Below, piece after piece: positions 52,681 through 64,000 of a stretch of DNA of 64,000 nt (the first letter of the stretch is position 1; each line of letters begins with the position of its first letter). The stretch is from Octopus sinensis (lineage: Eukaryota), in assembly GCF_006345805.1 (NCBI RefSeq), contig NC_043000.1, positions 18,848,001 through 18,912,000 on the forward strand. Reading direction: 5' to 3'. The notes beneath the pieces were generated by a model. The model was not told where the DNA came from, made no database searches, and saw only the letters and a list, made by a program, of their open reading frames with translations. The position numbers were made by a program, and so were the translations under genes.

Positions 52681-53404
52681 TAACTTATCCCTTCAACTTT
52701 ATAACCGTTATATTAATTACTTTTTGCATGTAAGTTGATCAACCTAATTGAATATGTGTTATTTCTTATAATATACTCCGATTAGTTTATTTAATTTTTA
52801 AGTTAATTTACTTAACTTTTTTCTTTCATACTTTATAATCTTTGTGTAAATTACATTTTGCATTTAAGTTGATCTACTAAATTAAATGAAGCTTATGTTA
52901 TATAATATGTTATAATTATTTATGATAATTAAGTAAATCTCATATTGCCTCCCCTTAACTGTTTAACACAGAGATAATTTATTTCCGATGTATAATTAAG
53001 TTTATTTTACCATTAGTTTTGTTATTTGGTATTATTAGTACTAAAATTTGCCTTATTTCGTATTATTTAGTACTAATATGTGCTAAGTTAATAGTATATT
53101 GAGCTGATTCCTGATTCACTGCTTAAATACATAAATAAATCTTCATTACCTCTGATTGCATTTAAAATATACCCCGTTTAAATTTGTTCCGCCTTAGCTG
53201 TCTTTATATATATTTTCTCCTACATCCCAGCTATGAATGAAGGCATTTTACATAATTCATTGTAATTTATTTTATTTTATTTTCAATTTATTTATTTATA
53301 TATTAGTATTTCTCTTATACCTTGTTTATTATCTTAATATTAACCTTACCCACTTAAGCATGCTTCATAGCATATTTACTTCCGGTTAGCGTAACGGAAC
53401 ACGG

Positions 53405-53658
53405 TGTTACTCTCTTTTCTCTTTTCCTTGTTTCAGTCACTTGACTGTGGCCATGCTGGAGCACCGCCTTTAGTCGAGCAAATCGACCCCGGGACGTTTT
53501 CTTTGTAAGCCCAGTACTTATTCTATCGGTCTCTTTTGCTGAACCGCTAAGTGACGGGGACGTAAACACACCAGCATCGGTTGTCAAGCAATGCTAGGGG
53601 GACAAACACACACACACAAATATATACACACATATATATATATATATATAATAATATA

Positions 53659-53708
<50 letters not shown>

Positions 53709-53870
53709 GACAGGGTTCTTTCAGTTTCCGTCTACCAAATCCACTCACAAGGCATTGGTCGGCCCGGGCTATAGTAGAAGACACTTGCCCAAGGTGCCAC
53801 GCAGTGGGACTGAACCCGGAACCATGTGGTTGGTAAGCAAGCTACTTACCACTCAGCCACTCCTGCGCCT
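53405..53870 (-). mobile_element. SINE family B
   Basis: Complete copy with head ...gccactcctgcgcct. Confidence 0.9.
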
Positions 53871-54399
53871 ATGTCTGAAATTTAAAAAGATTATTTTTTA
53901 AAAATTATCTCCTGTCAAATAGTTTATTATTACTTCCTACCTTAAATGTTTGAAATAAATTTTCTTAAGGGATCAATGGATATAGCTTGTATTTTGATAT
54001 TTTCTCTGTCCATATCATTCTGGATTTGCTATTCCTTCATTTATTGAAATTACATTTTATTGCATTATGATTATAAACATATACAATACGTTATTATTAT
54101 TATTATTGTTATTATCATTATTATATTCAGAAATTATTTACCCCTTCCTGATAACTTCGGCTAATACATATTTTGCCACTATTTGCTTCTACTTGACTTA
54201 AATTTTATAACTTTAAGTTTTTATATTGCAGTATTATAGATAAGTATGATACTATTTGACATTATTATATATTTATATATACATACGTTTTTCTGCTTCT
54301 TTTTTCCCTTTTTTTTAATATTTTTATCCACCTGCCTCTTGACAACTCTTGTTGGTTAATTTACGTCTTGTAACATAGCGGTTCGGCAAAAGTGATTTA

Positions 54400-55660
54400 A
54401 AAATAATTAGAAATAATTAGTAGAGTTCATTTGTTTGTCTAAACTCCTCAAGGCTTTCAAAAAAACCATCTCCAAATTATAGAACTTGGTAAATATAATT
54501 TATGATCGTTTAAGAATGGCTAAAGATAATTATGAAATAGATATTTCTGATAATTATAGAAATGAATTCCCATCGGCCACACCATCAGTAAGTGGGAAGT
54601 ATTTTAAGAATCATGATTCTCGTTTTATTATACAAATTTGAATTTCCATGATAGAATTGAAAGCATAACAATTCTTCCATAAGGAAATTAAATGGGAATC
54701 TGAATATTACTTAAATGAAAAATAAATTTGAGATATGGATTTAACTATGGTGTCTCTCAAATTTATTCGATTTTGCAGCTGATGGATTAACAATTAAGAT
54801 TTAGCATGCAAAACTTCGATAACTTTAGGCATATCTAAAGTATATCCGTATAGATGTGAAATTTTTCATTAAACTGTGTTTAATATTGAGACTTTCCTTT
54901 GATACCTTCCTTGTCATTTTAAAGTAAAAGTTGGTTTCAAGTACATTTTTCTGATTATTACAAAACAACACATGATCAAGTAAGTCTTAATCTTCTTTTC
55001 CCTATTGGAAGATCAAATATCATTACTGAGAGAACCGTGCTCTCAAGACAAGAGATTACATTGACAAAGTGATTCTACGCCATAAATGATTTATATCTAA
55101 TTTAATCAAAGCTTAGTGTCCAAAGCAGAAATAATAAAACACATCGTGATTTCCTTCTAGGAAAAGACACAAGATAATTGCCTGGTCGTGTGCAAACAGA
55201 AGCAAAAACAATAACATTTCGAGTAATACAGAAAAGAGAGAAAAATAGAGAAAATAAAATAGGACAATAGAAATAAAGATCTACCTGAGTTCTGAAGAAT
55301 TTAAGAGTTTGAAGATTAGGATTGTGAAGACTAAAACCAGTAAATACATTAGGCCGTAGTGATCTCGCAGAGTTAATTATAAAGCAGAAAATAGTTTCTA
55401 AATCTAAACTGATTAGTTCACGGCATTAGGTTTTGCATTTATAGCAATTGATTCTGTGAAATATTTTACATTACTTAGTTAAAGGAATAGTTCTTTCATA
55501 AAACGGTTGGATTTTATTAGAAACTACAAAATTTCTTTCAATGTAATTAATAAATCCATTGCGCTGGTTTAACAGTCAGATTTTAAATAATTTTCTCCTT
55601 GGACAAAGAATATGTATTCTGTCTGGAGTAGGCAGCAAAGGAGCTAGAAAGATTTTACAG

Positions 55661-55720
<60 letters not shown>

Positions 55721-56300
55721 CAGTAATGTGATTAATATGGCAAACCTAATCATATAACAAGGATTGGTACCTACCTCATTGTGTTCAACCATTGTAAAAT
55801 TTATCGCCTGTGAATATGAAATTCATCTCCATTTCTCTGGAAATTTACATCTACACCATTGGAATCTGTGCATATATACAAAGGATTAATTCACCTCTCT
55901 GTTAATGCTAATAACAATGGATAAATTTGTCTTCTGTGAGTATATAATCCCTATCATATCTATGGAAATTCATATGGATTAGGTCACCTTCTCTGTGATG
56001 CTACCAAAACTTTTTTAAAATTCTGTGATAAGACTATGCATCATCTTAAAGAACTTTAATGAACTTTAGAAATCTGTTTAATTATCTACATTACTTCATG
56101 AGTATAGCCTCAAACACTAGGATGTCTAGAGAACTTACATGTATTTTAGCTGATGTACGGGACTCGTTTATATGCTGTAATCTTTGCAACTTTTAATAAA
56201 ACCTGTCCTTGTATGAAACGATCGTACTAAAAACTATCCATCTTGTTGCTTCTTCTTCGCTTATAATCACCCCACATTACTGTATGTTAAATCAGTATAG
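54400..56300 (-). pseudogene. Possible very decayed PLE RT/endonuclease relic
   Basis: Only fragmentary resemblance (F.F.GDKFY..., LDL, Cys-bearing segment), with many stops and frameshifts. Confidence 0.3.
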
Positions 56301-56450
56301 TTTTTTTTGGTGCATCTAAGTTAGGTACCATATTCAAGTAATTTTTTAAATTAACTTGAATCTTATTGCTCTTTGTATATATTAATATATATATATAGAT
56401 GTATATGTGTGTGTGTGTATATGATATATATATATATATATATATAGTGT

Positions 56451-56502
<52 letters not shown>

Positions 56503-56719
56503 TATATATATATATAGATGTATGTATACATATATACGACATAAATATTCACATAATTATTTTGAAAAAATATATTATGTTAGTAGTATTGATGATGTGT
56601 ATGTATAGGGTGTTTCCATTTGGTCTATGATTAGCTTCAATGCCTTTTAGCGGCTTACACTCGACATACACATTATGAAGATAAATTAAATATACTCCAT
56701 TCATCCATCCATCCATCTA

Positions 56720-57150
56720 TCCAGCAAGCAAGCAAATAAGCAATCTTCTACGCCCACTATTCTTAGGCGGATAGTGGGGATAGAATTTTCAGGCATACCC
56801 TCCTACCAGGAGCAACTGTTATTAGACTTTCTGGCTGGATTTTCTATCGTAACCAACATGAGACTATGGATATTATTCAATCATTTCTTATTTGGTAAAT
56901 CCCCAGGTTTCTTGCTGGCTAGTTCGGTTTGACGAATTCGTCTTGCGATTCTTTCCTGTGGCATTCTAATCACATGAAAATCGTGCCGGAGCTGTGACAT
57001 CTTAAAGTGGAAAATTAGGGGCTCAAACTGGAAAAAGTTTCTGGTCTTCGAGCTATGCACACTGTCGAGTAACCTTATTCAAGATATCCTACGGTAGAAT
57101 CCCATTTCGGCCGATTGTATTCGCGATCATCACGAGACATTCGAGACCAT
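56720..57150 (-). pseudogene. Decayed RTE LINE C-terminal relic
   Basis: Broken resemblance to the RTE post-RT region (R.IL..TR.D / FSCD.NA.GK..K..SSNR); frameshifted. Confidence 0.4.
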
Positions 57151-58004
57151 TTAATAATACTTTAAACCTGACAGAATTAAGCATCAAAATAAAATTAATT
57201 CAAATCATTGCAGATAGCATGTCTCTAACAATCAACTACTATAATAATCTTGCATTGTTCTTTCATCTCTTGGACTCTTCATTTTGGGGGTTCATAAAAT
57301 TATGCACTCATGGACGTTGATACATCAAAAACGTTTGTGCACGACACTGAATATCTTTCAACTTACAGCTTAATTTTAACGATGTCGCACGGAGATAAAC
57401 GCTAATATACAAAACTAGCCACTGTTTGAATCGCACTTCGGTAGGATTTGAACACATTTTCATTCCTTCTGACTCAGTAAAATAAGGACCAAACATATTA
57501 CGGTAAACTCATTTGTCTATTTTATAAGTCTCCTGAGCAATAACATTTTGTATGACAATGTTGATCGCTGTTGAAACAGAGGGAATCACCCAGTGAGCTT
57601 AATTCGAGACACTGTTTCATTTCCCGGCTGGATTTACCTACACATCTATTTTCTATAGAGATAAACATGTCATTCGATCTCATTTTCCTCTCCGATGAAC
57701 TTATAACCGTGTGTTTATAACACATTCGTTGTTGTTATAAAGACACCGGCCAGCGCTGATTTTTAATAAGTCGAGCGATCATCTTCAGTTTCCTTTGTCA
57801 GCTCATCAGCATCTTCCGTTATATAATTGACATCAACTTTAATAAGGTGCTTCACATGTAATATTGGTCAGCGTTTTCAGAGATAGACTATGTAGTAATA
57901 TAAACATCAATATTTCTGATGACACTGCCAAGAATGAGATAATTTCAACAGTGTCACATAGGGTGATTACACAAGAATTTGGTGACCTGGCGCCAAAATG
58001 TTTG

Positions 58005-58075
58005 TATGTCTGTCTATCTATCTGTCTATCTATCTATCTATCTATCCATCCATCCATCCATCCATCCATCCATCC

Positions 58076-58150
<75 letters not shown>

Positions 58151-58183
58151 CATCCATCCATCCATCCATCCATCCATCCATCC

Positions 58184-58256
<73 letters not shown>
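58005..58256. repeat. (TATC)n/(CATC)n microsatellite
   Basis: Seen directly in sequence. Confidence 0.95.
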
Positions 58257-59144
58257 ACTTCTTTCTTTCTATCTGTCTACATATGGTAAGCATTATTTAC
58301 TACTTTATTGGGTCGCATCATTTCTCTGTTGTAGTAAATAGCACCACTGTGCTAATTACTGATAACATCAATCATGTGAGAAACAGACACGTTTCTAAGC
58401 CTATTTTTCCCTTGTCGTGTTCTTGTGGTCATTGAAACAGGTGCAATGGTCTGCTTCTCTGGAATTACTTCCACGTGCAACCGCTTCTTCTTACAAGTCA
58501 GAATGAGCCCAGTCTATCTTGTCAGAAGCGGCGGCTACATGCCATCGAAAGTCTTGTGCAACAGGCCACTGGACCAGCTTAAATAAACTGAGCACACTAC
58601 GTTCTTACGGAGTACTTCTTACAACGGATCCTGATCCATATATATATACATATACATACACACACACACATATATATATACATATATGTATGTATATGTA
58701 TGTATGCATGCATGCATATATATATATATATATATATAATATGTATGCATGCATATATATATATATATTTAAATAATGAGGGAGATAAATTAATATTAAT
58801 TTTAATATCAGTTTAAAACCAGTAGTCTAGCATACAAATAATCTGAGAAATCAGAGAAAATTCTAATATATGTGTATATTGGCAGGGCAAGACTGCTAGG
58901 TAGTCGGCCGTATGCTAGAAATAGATCATCAACGATCAAACTACAAAGAAAATTCTCTAGAAAAAAAATTCAGCGAACACCAGAACCAAATTTGGCGGGC
59001 AGGACAGATGAAAATTTATATAAAAAACAGAATTAATTGCATACCTCGGTTTCGGCCTTTAACAATATATATATGTGTGTGTCTGTGTGTGTGTGTGTGT
59101 ATGTATTTTGTATATGTTGCATGCATCCATATACATCCATATAT

Positions 59145-59231
<87 letters not shown>

Positions 59232-59296
59232 GTATGTATATATATGAATAGGTAATATATTATAAATATACATAAAACTAAAATGTACATACAATC

Positions 59297-59347
<51 letters not shown>

Positions 59348-59654
59348 GTTTGTCTGTCTGTCTGTCTATCTATATCTATCTATCTACCTATCTTTCTATC
59401 TATCTATCTATCTATTTATCTATCTGTCTCTCTATCACAATGGACGGACGCTAGTCATATCGGCTCCAAGTAAGTTGGCCACTTTTACATGTTTAAAACT
59501 CCTTGTTGTCAAATATTTTGTTTTAATCGTTGTGCAAATTCATTCACTAAAAAACCTGAGAATTATTCACGTAGAATTCCGCCCCTGTATGGGCGAAATT
59601 ACAAAAAAACTTTCAAAACTTTCGTGGGTTTTTTAGCCATTTTTCATTTTGAAA

Positions 59655-61560
59655 ATGGCAACTAGAAACCACGTGGCTAGCCCGCCAGTCATGCAGAACG
59701 GTAGCAAAACACTATTGCTACCACTAGCTGCTAAACATCGCAGCGTGAACACCGCTGTCACCACCATCACCACCACCAACAACAACAACAACAAATCTAA
59801 CGTCGCATTCACCATCGCCGCGACCAAAGACATTAACTTAGATTTCCCCTCACTCCCCACACCACTTGTTGATGATAAAGGGACGAGAAAGGGATTTCAA
59901 AAATGAATACAACGAAAACATGAATGCCAGCACCACCACCATCACCACCAACAACAACAACAACGAAATTGGCACAAAGCCGCCTACCAAAGACAACACC
60001 GCCAACACCACCCACTACTACGACGTCAAATGCTACATCCAAGCCTTCTGCTGCTAATACCGCCAACACCAACACCACTACCATGACTTCAATTAACACT
60101 GCCACAATTAACACTTCTACTGCCAATTCAAAACGAATTTTGCGGACGTAACAAACAAAAAAGAACAATTGTAACATTCACCACACAAGAGATAAACCGC
60201 ACAAAGGCACTCTTCTCCAAAGAAGGAGACAAATTGCACCTTCATATTCCACAACACATCGTGGAAAACACGCAAAAAAAAACAATAATTTATAAGTAAT
60301 AAACAAAAAAACAAGAAGAACAGAAAATGCACCGCAGGAAAAAATCGATAAATGCCTTCGTCCTGTATGGGACTCCAAGGAATATATCAGTTGGGAAACA
60401 AATTTGGTACAGTCCAAGTACGTTTCCTCAACGAAAGTTTAGCAAAACGTTTTTCCACATTGGAGCTACATTCGGACGACTTGGTAATGATACCAGTCTA
60501 TTTAAACAAAGGGTCACGAAAGTCCAAATAAAAAACATACCATTTGATGTCGAAACACAATGGGTGGTCTCTGCCATCTGCTTTGAAATGTCAGAGACAA
60601 TGTCAGAGACAAACATCCTCGAAATCGCGGTTCTAGGAGAGAAAGACTATGTGGGCAAATCAATCGAATTCCTGCTTCAATTGGATGAAGCAGCAAGCGC
60701 TATAGAACTACCAGGAGGCTACAAACTCTATATAGTGGTAGAGGGCAGGCGACCACGCTGCTATTTGTGTGGAAGCGAAACACACTTGAAAAAGACGTGC
60801 CCAACCACTGCACACCAAGAGCAACAACAACAACCACTACCACAACCAAAGCACTCCGGAAAAAAAGCTCTACTACCCACACCACCATCAACACAGAAGA
60901 CGACAAGAGAAGCACACCAAGCTAATCCGTCATCACCAAAAACAACCACTCGACACCTGGAAAAATACCAACACTACCATCAACAGCAAAACCCAAAGGA
61001 ACAGAAAAACAAAGAAAACACACAAACTGATCCCCCATCCCTTATACCGCACTCAACACACACAAACACTCAACAACCAACAACAACGAAAACAACAACA
61101 CAACCACTTACACAGACATACATAGAAGCCCACAACATACCCCTACCCTACCCCCTTCTGATTCCTCAGAAATTTCGTCGGAAGACGAAACCAGTGAGGA
61201 ATGGCAAATAGCTACAAAAAGAAGAAAATAAAGAGCAGAACACACAACCAAACCAAATGCAAACACGAACAAAGCAGGGGGAAATACATCTCCCGAAGAC
61301 ATTTCAAAACCCAACGCAAACAACAGCCACACCAACACCACAAAAACATATACAGCAAACATGCTCACAGCCATAGACACCAAAAACACAAATTTGATGG
61401 AATACATCCAATCAAAAAACACATAACAGAAGATGACATAAAACAAACAACCACCCATACACAACACCACCAGACCACATCAAAATAATACACATCTCCA
61501 AAAGTCTGCACCACACACTCAAAGGCATTTTCCCCAGTGCGGTTGGTAAATGCCAAAATA
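59655..61560 (+). pseudogene. Tx1-type ORF1 (gag-like, zinc knuckle), frameshifted
   Basis: Track ORFs 59649, 59924, 60327 and 61201 are successive frames of one disrupted ORF. Confidence 0.8.
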
Positions 61561-61664
61561 TCTCACAAAGAAACTGTACTGGGATCTTCTCGAGGACAAA
61601 CCAACGGGGAAAGCAAAAACTTTCGAGCAGTAAGTAACCCTCTGTATTCTAATTCATTAGAACT

Positions 61665-64000
61665 ATGATCAAGATTGGTTGTGTAAATGCGCGTGGCTTG
61701 GGGTCCCCTTGGAAACAAGGGTACCTCTTAAATGACATAAAGTCACATAAGTTAGAAATCATAGCCATAAGCGAGACCAGACTCCACAATCCGCGGGCCC
61801 TAAAGACCATGTTTGGGGACGGCCGTTCACATTTATTTTTCCCCCTGTCTGCCGAGAATGGGCGGTAGTGCACCGCGGTACTTTTTCACAAGAGTCTGGA
61901 TCTCAATGTAAGGACAATATTCGTAGAACCCGGAGGGTAGACTGGTCGTCCTGGATGTCGACGGCAGCAATGGGTGCGCTTTTCGGCTCGTATCAGTTTA
62001 CGCACCGCCCTTAACAGTCGGGCGGATTTCTTTCAACGTCTAGAAGTTTTCTTGGGAACGTCTCGTCCTTTACTCTTAGTGGGGATTGGAATGCTACCTT
62101 GGACACGCATGTAGACTACGTGGGTTAGAGATAGGAATAGACGGGATGCAAATGCCTCAGAGACCTGCTCAGACGCTTTCAACTGTCTGACAGGTTTCGA
62201 CTAGACCACCCGAATGCGCCAACGTGGACATGGAGCAACCGCATCGGGTCGTCGAGATCGTATCTAGATAGGATACTGTGTAGGACAGTAGATAGAGATA
62301 GCATAGGATGTCCACAATTCCACATAGTCAGCTACACGGATCACAAACTTGTGACATGTACGCTAGACTTAGGTAAGACACTTAGGCAGGGTCCCGGATA
62401 CTGGAACTAAACGCGTCTTTCCCATCGAGACAAGTTTTCAGAGACCGGATTAGCACACTAGTAAGAGGGCTTTGACGGGAGCCATCATCAACACACAAAT
62501 GGTGGTTTGCCCTCAAGAGAGCAGTAAAAGCAGAAGCGATTAGGTACAGCAAAGCACTAGCCATAGATAGAAATAGAGTAGAGGGTGAGCTAGTTAAGAA
62601 GCTAGAAGAGGCAATTAGAAGCGGCATCGCATCCGACGTTTTGGCGGCGAGGTTGGCCCTCGACCAACACTTCAACGCCAAACACGAAGGATGTGCTGTC
62701 AGAGCTAGGATGCGTGCTCTAAGAACGAAGGTGTTGGAGCCGCGAGAGAGGCCCGGGTGGCAGAGGCGCAACAGGGCAACAAAGCCACCATTCGGTCACT
62801 GGTAGATGAACAGGGGCGCGAATTGCTCGAGCCAAGTAAAATGTGTGAGGCCTTTCAGCAGCATTTTGCCCGACTGTTCGGAACGAGTGGAGGGCAAGAA
62901 CGTAGGGTGGACTTCAGTGCCTACCTACATAGCCTACCACGACTCTCGACAAGAAAGGCAGGGTGCTGCGAAGGTGCCATCACGGCGGCGGAAGTGCGGG
63001 AAGCGATGGCAGAATGCTCGAGGGACAAATCACCGGGTTTGGATGGTCTACCCTACGAGCTTTACAATTGTATGCCAGACTTGTTTGGAGATCTCTTGGC
63101 GGCGGTGTACTGCAACTGGCAGCAAAACGGGAGCATTCCTGGTTTGTGAGCCGAGGAGCCGTAACACTGCTGAAGAAAGATCTAAACAAGGGAAATGTAA
63201 TAGATAACTTTAGGCCCATCACTCTGCTTAATGCAGACTTGAAAATTTTGGCCAAGGTGCTAGCCAAGAGGTTGGCGCTTGTCATCGAGAACTGGTCGAC
63301 AAGGCGCAAACATGCGCCGTGCCAGGCCGGACCATCCATGACAACCTCCATCTGATGCGCTACATCATAGACAGGGTAGTTAACGAACCTGGCATGGGTG
63401 GGGCCCTGATCAACTTGGATCAATCAAAAGCCTTTGATAGGGTAGACCATCGATACTTGGAGGCAGTCCTGAGAGCGGCTGGTTTCGGTCCCGTCTTCCG
63501 CGCTGGATAGCTGCCTTGTACAGAGGCATCCGTTCGGTAATTCGCGTAAATGGACATCTATCGAGACCTTTCGACATTGCACGTTCGGTCCGTCAGGATG
63601 CCCCCTCTCGGCGCTTCTAATACGTATTGACTCTTGAGCCACTACTGCGGAAGCTGGCGACTCTAAGGGGCATCCCGCGAGAATTGGGATGCGGGACGAG
63701 CGTGTCTGCATACCGCGACGACGTCACCGTCATAGTGTCTAGCCACGAGCACATCGAGCTGGTCGGCGAGACACTGAAAACTACGAAGCGGTGACAGGAG
63801 CGAAAATCAACCGGGAAAAGTCAGTGGGCTTGCGACTAGGCACCTGGAGAAGCAAGCCCATGCCGTCCCACCAGCGCCTCCGTCGTGGGACGCTGGACCG
63901 ACGGCCCGGTTGAGTTGCTCGGGTCTGGTTTGGTCCGGACCTCCAAGTGGAGAAGAACTGGAACGAGATAACGAGTAGGGTGGTCACTCTCGCCCGGCAA
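61665..64000 (+). pseudogene. Tx1-type ORF2 (APE endonuclease plus reverse transcriptase), frameshifted
   Basis: APE and RT motifs are spread over several frames. Confidence 0.9.

Larger units (their letters stand above)
59436..64000 (+). mobile_element. Tx1/L1-clade LINE, disrupted, 3' end beyond the window
   Basis: ORF1 starts about 59655 (Thr-rich N-terminus, CCHC knuckle RCYLCGSETHLKKTC). ORF2 starts 61665 (APE: IGCVNARGL, IAISETRL; RT: FRPITLLNADLKILAKVLAKRL, LDQSKAFDRVDH). Multiple frameshifts and stops. Confidence 0.93.

Noticed and set aside
57760-57870. Acidic peptide EDADELTKETEDD reminiscent of a piggyBac N-terminus
   Set aside because: No downstream transposase motifs or TTAA-bounded ends were found.
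57914-57956. CTGATGA followed by a cactg/cagtg stem
   Set aside because: No GAAA follows the stem; it is a simple short inverted repeat.

Overview
AT-rich, repeat-saturated animal DNA with no intact host gene that I can support. The repeat families resemble those I recall from coleoid cephalopod (Octopus) genomes; this is recollection, not a database search. Almost all long ORFs in the track are microsatellite artefacts. Supported content: at least four tRNA-derived SINE families; Helitrons, including two with Pif1-helicase remnants; a Penelope-like element (PLE) fragment with RT thumb, GIY-YIG domain and pseudo-LTRs; a CR1/L2-group LINE; several RTE LINE 3' ends; two mariner relics; and a disrupted Tx1/L1-type LINE running off the right edge. 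The most interesting signal is non-coding. Three unrelated repeat families carry foldable type I hammerhead ribozyme (HHR) motifs, two of them with non-canonical cores. One sits in a 481-nt terminally redundant, ORF-less monomer that folds back into a ~780-bp near-perfect palindrome, a retrozyme-like candidate. Two SINE/LINE pairs share 3' tails within the window, and there are several ~200-bp fold-back hairpins.
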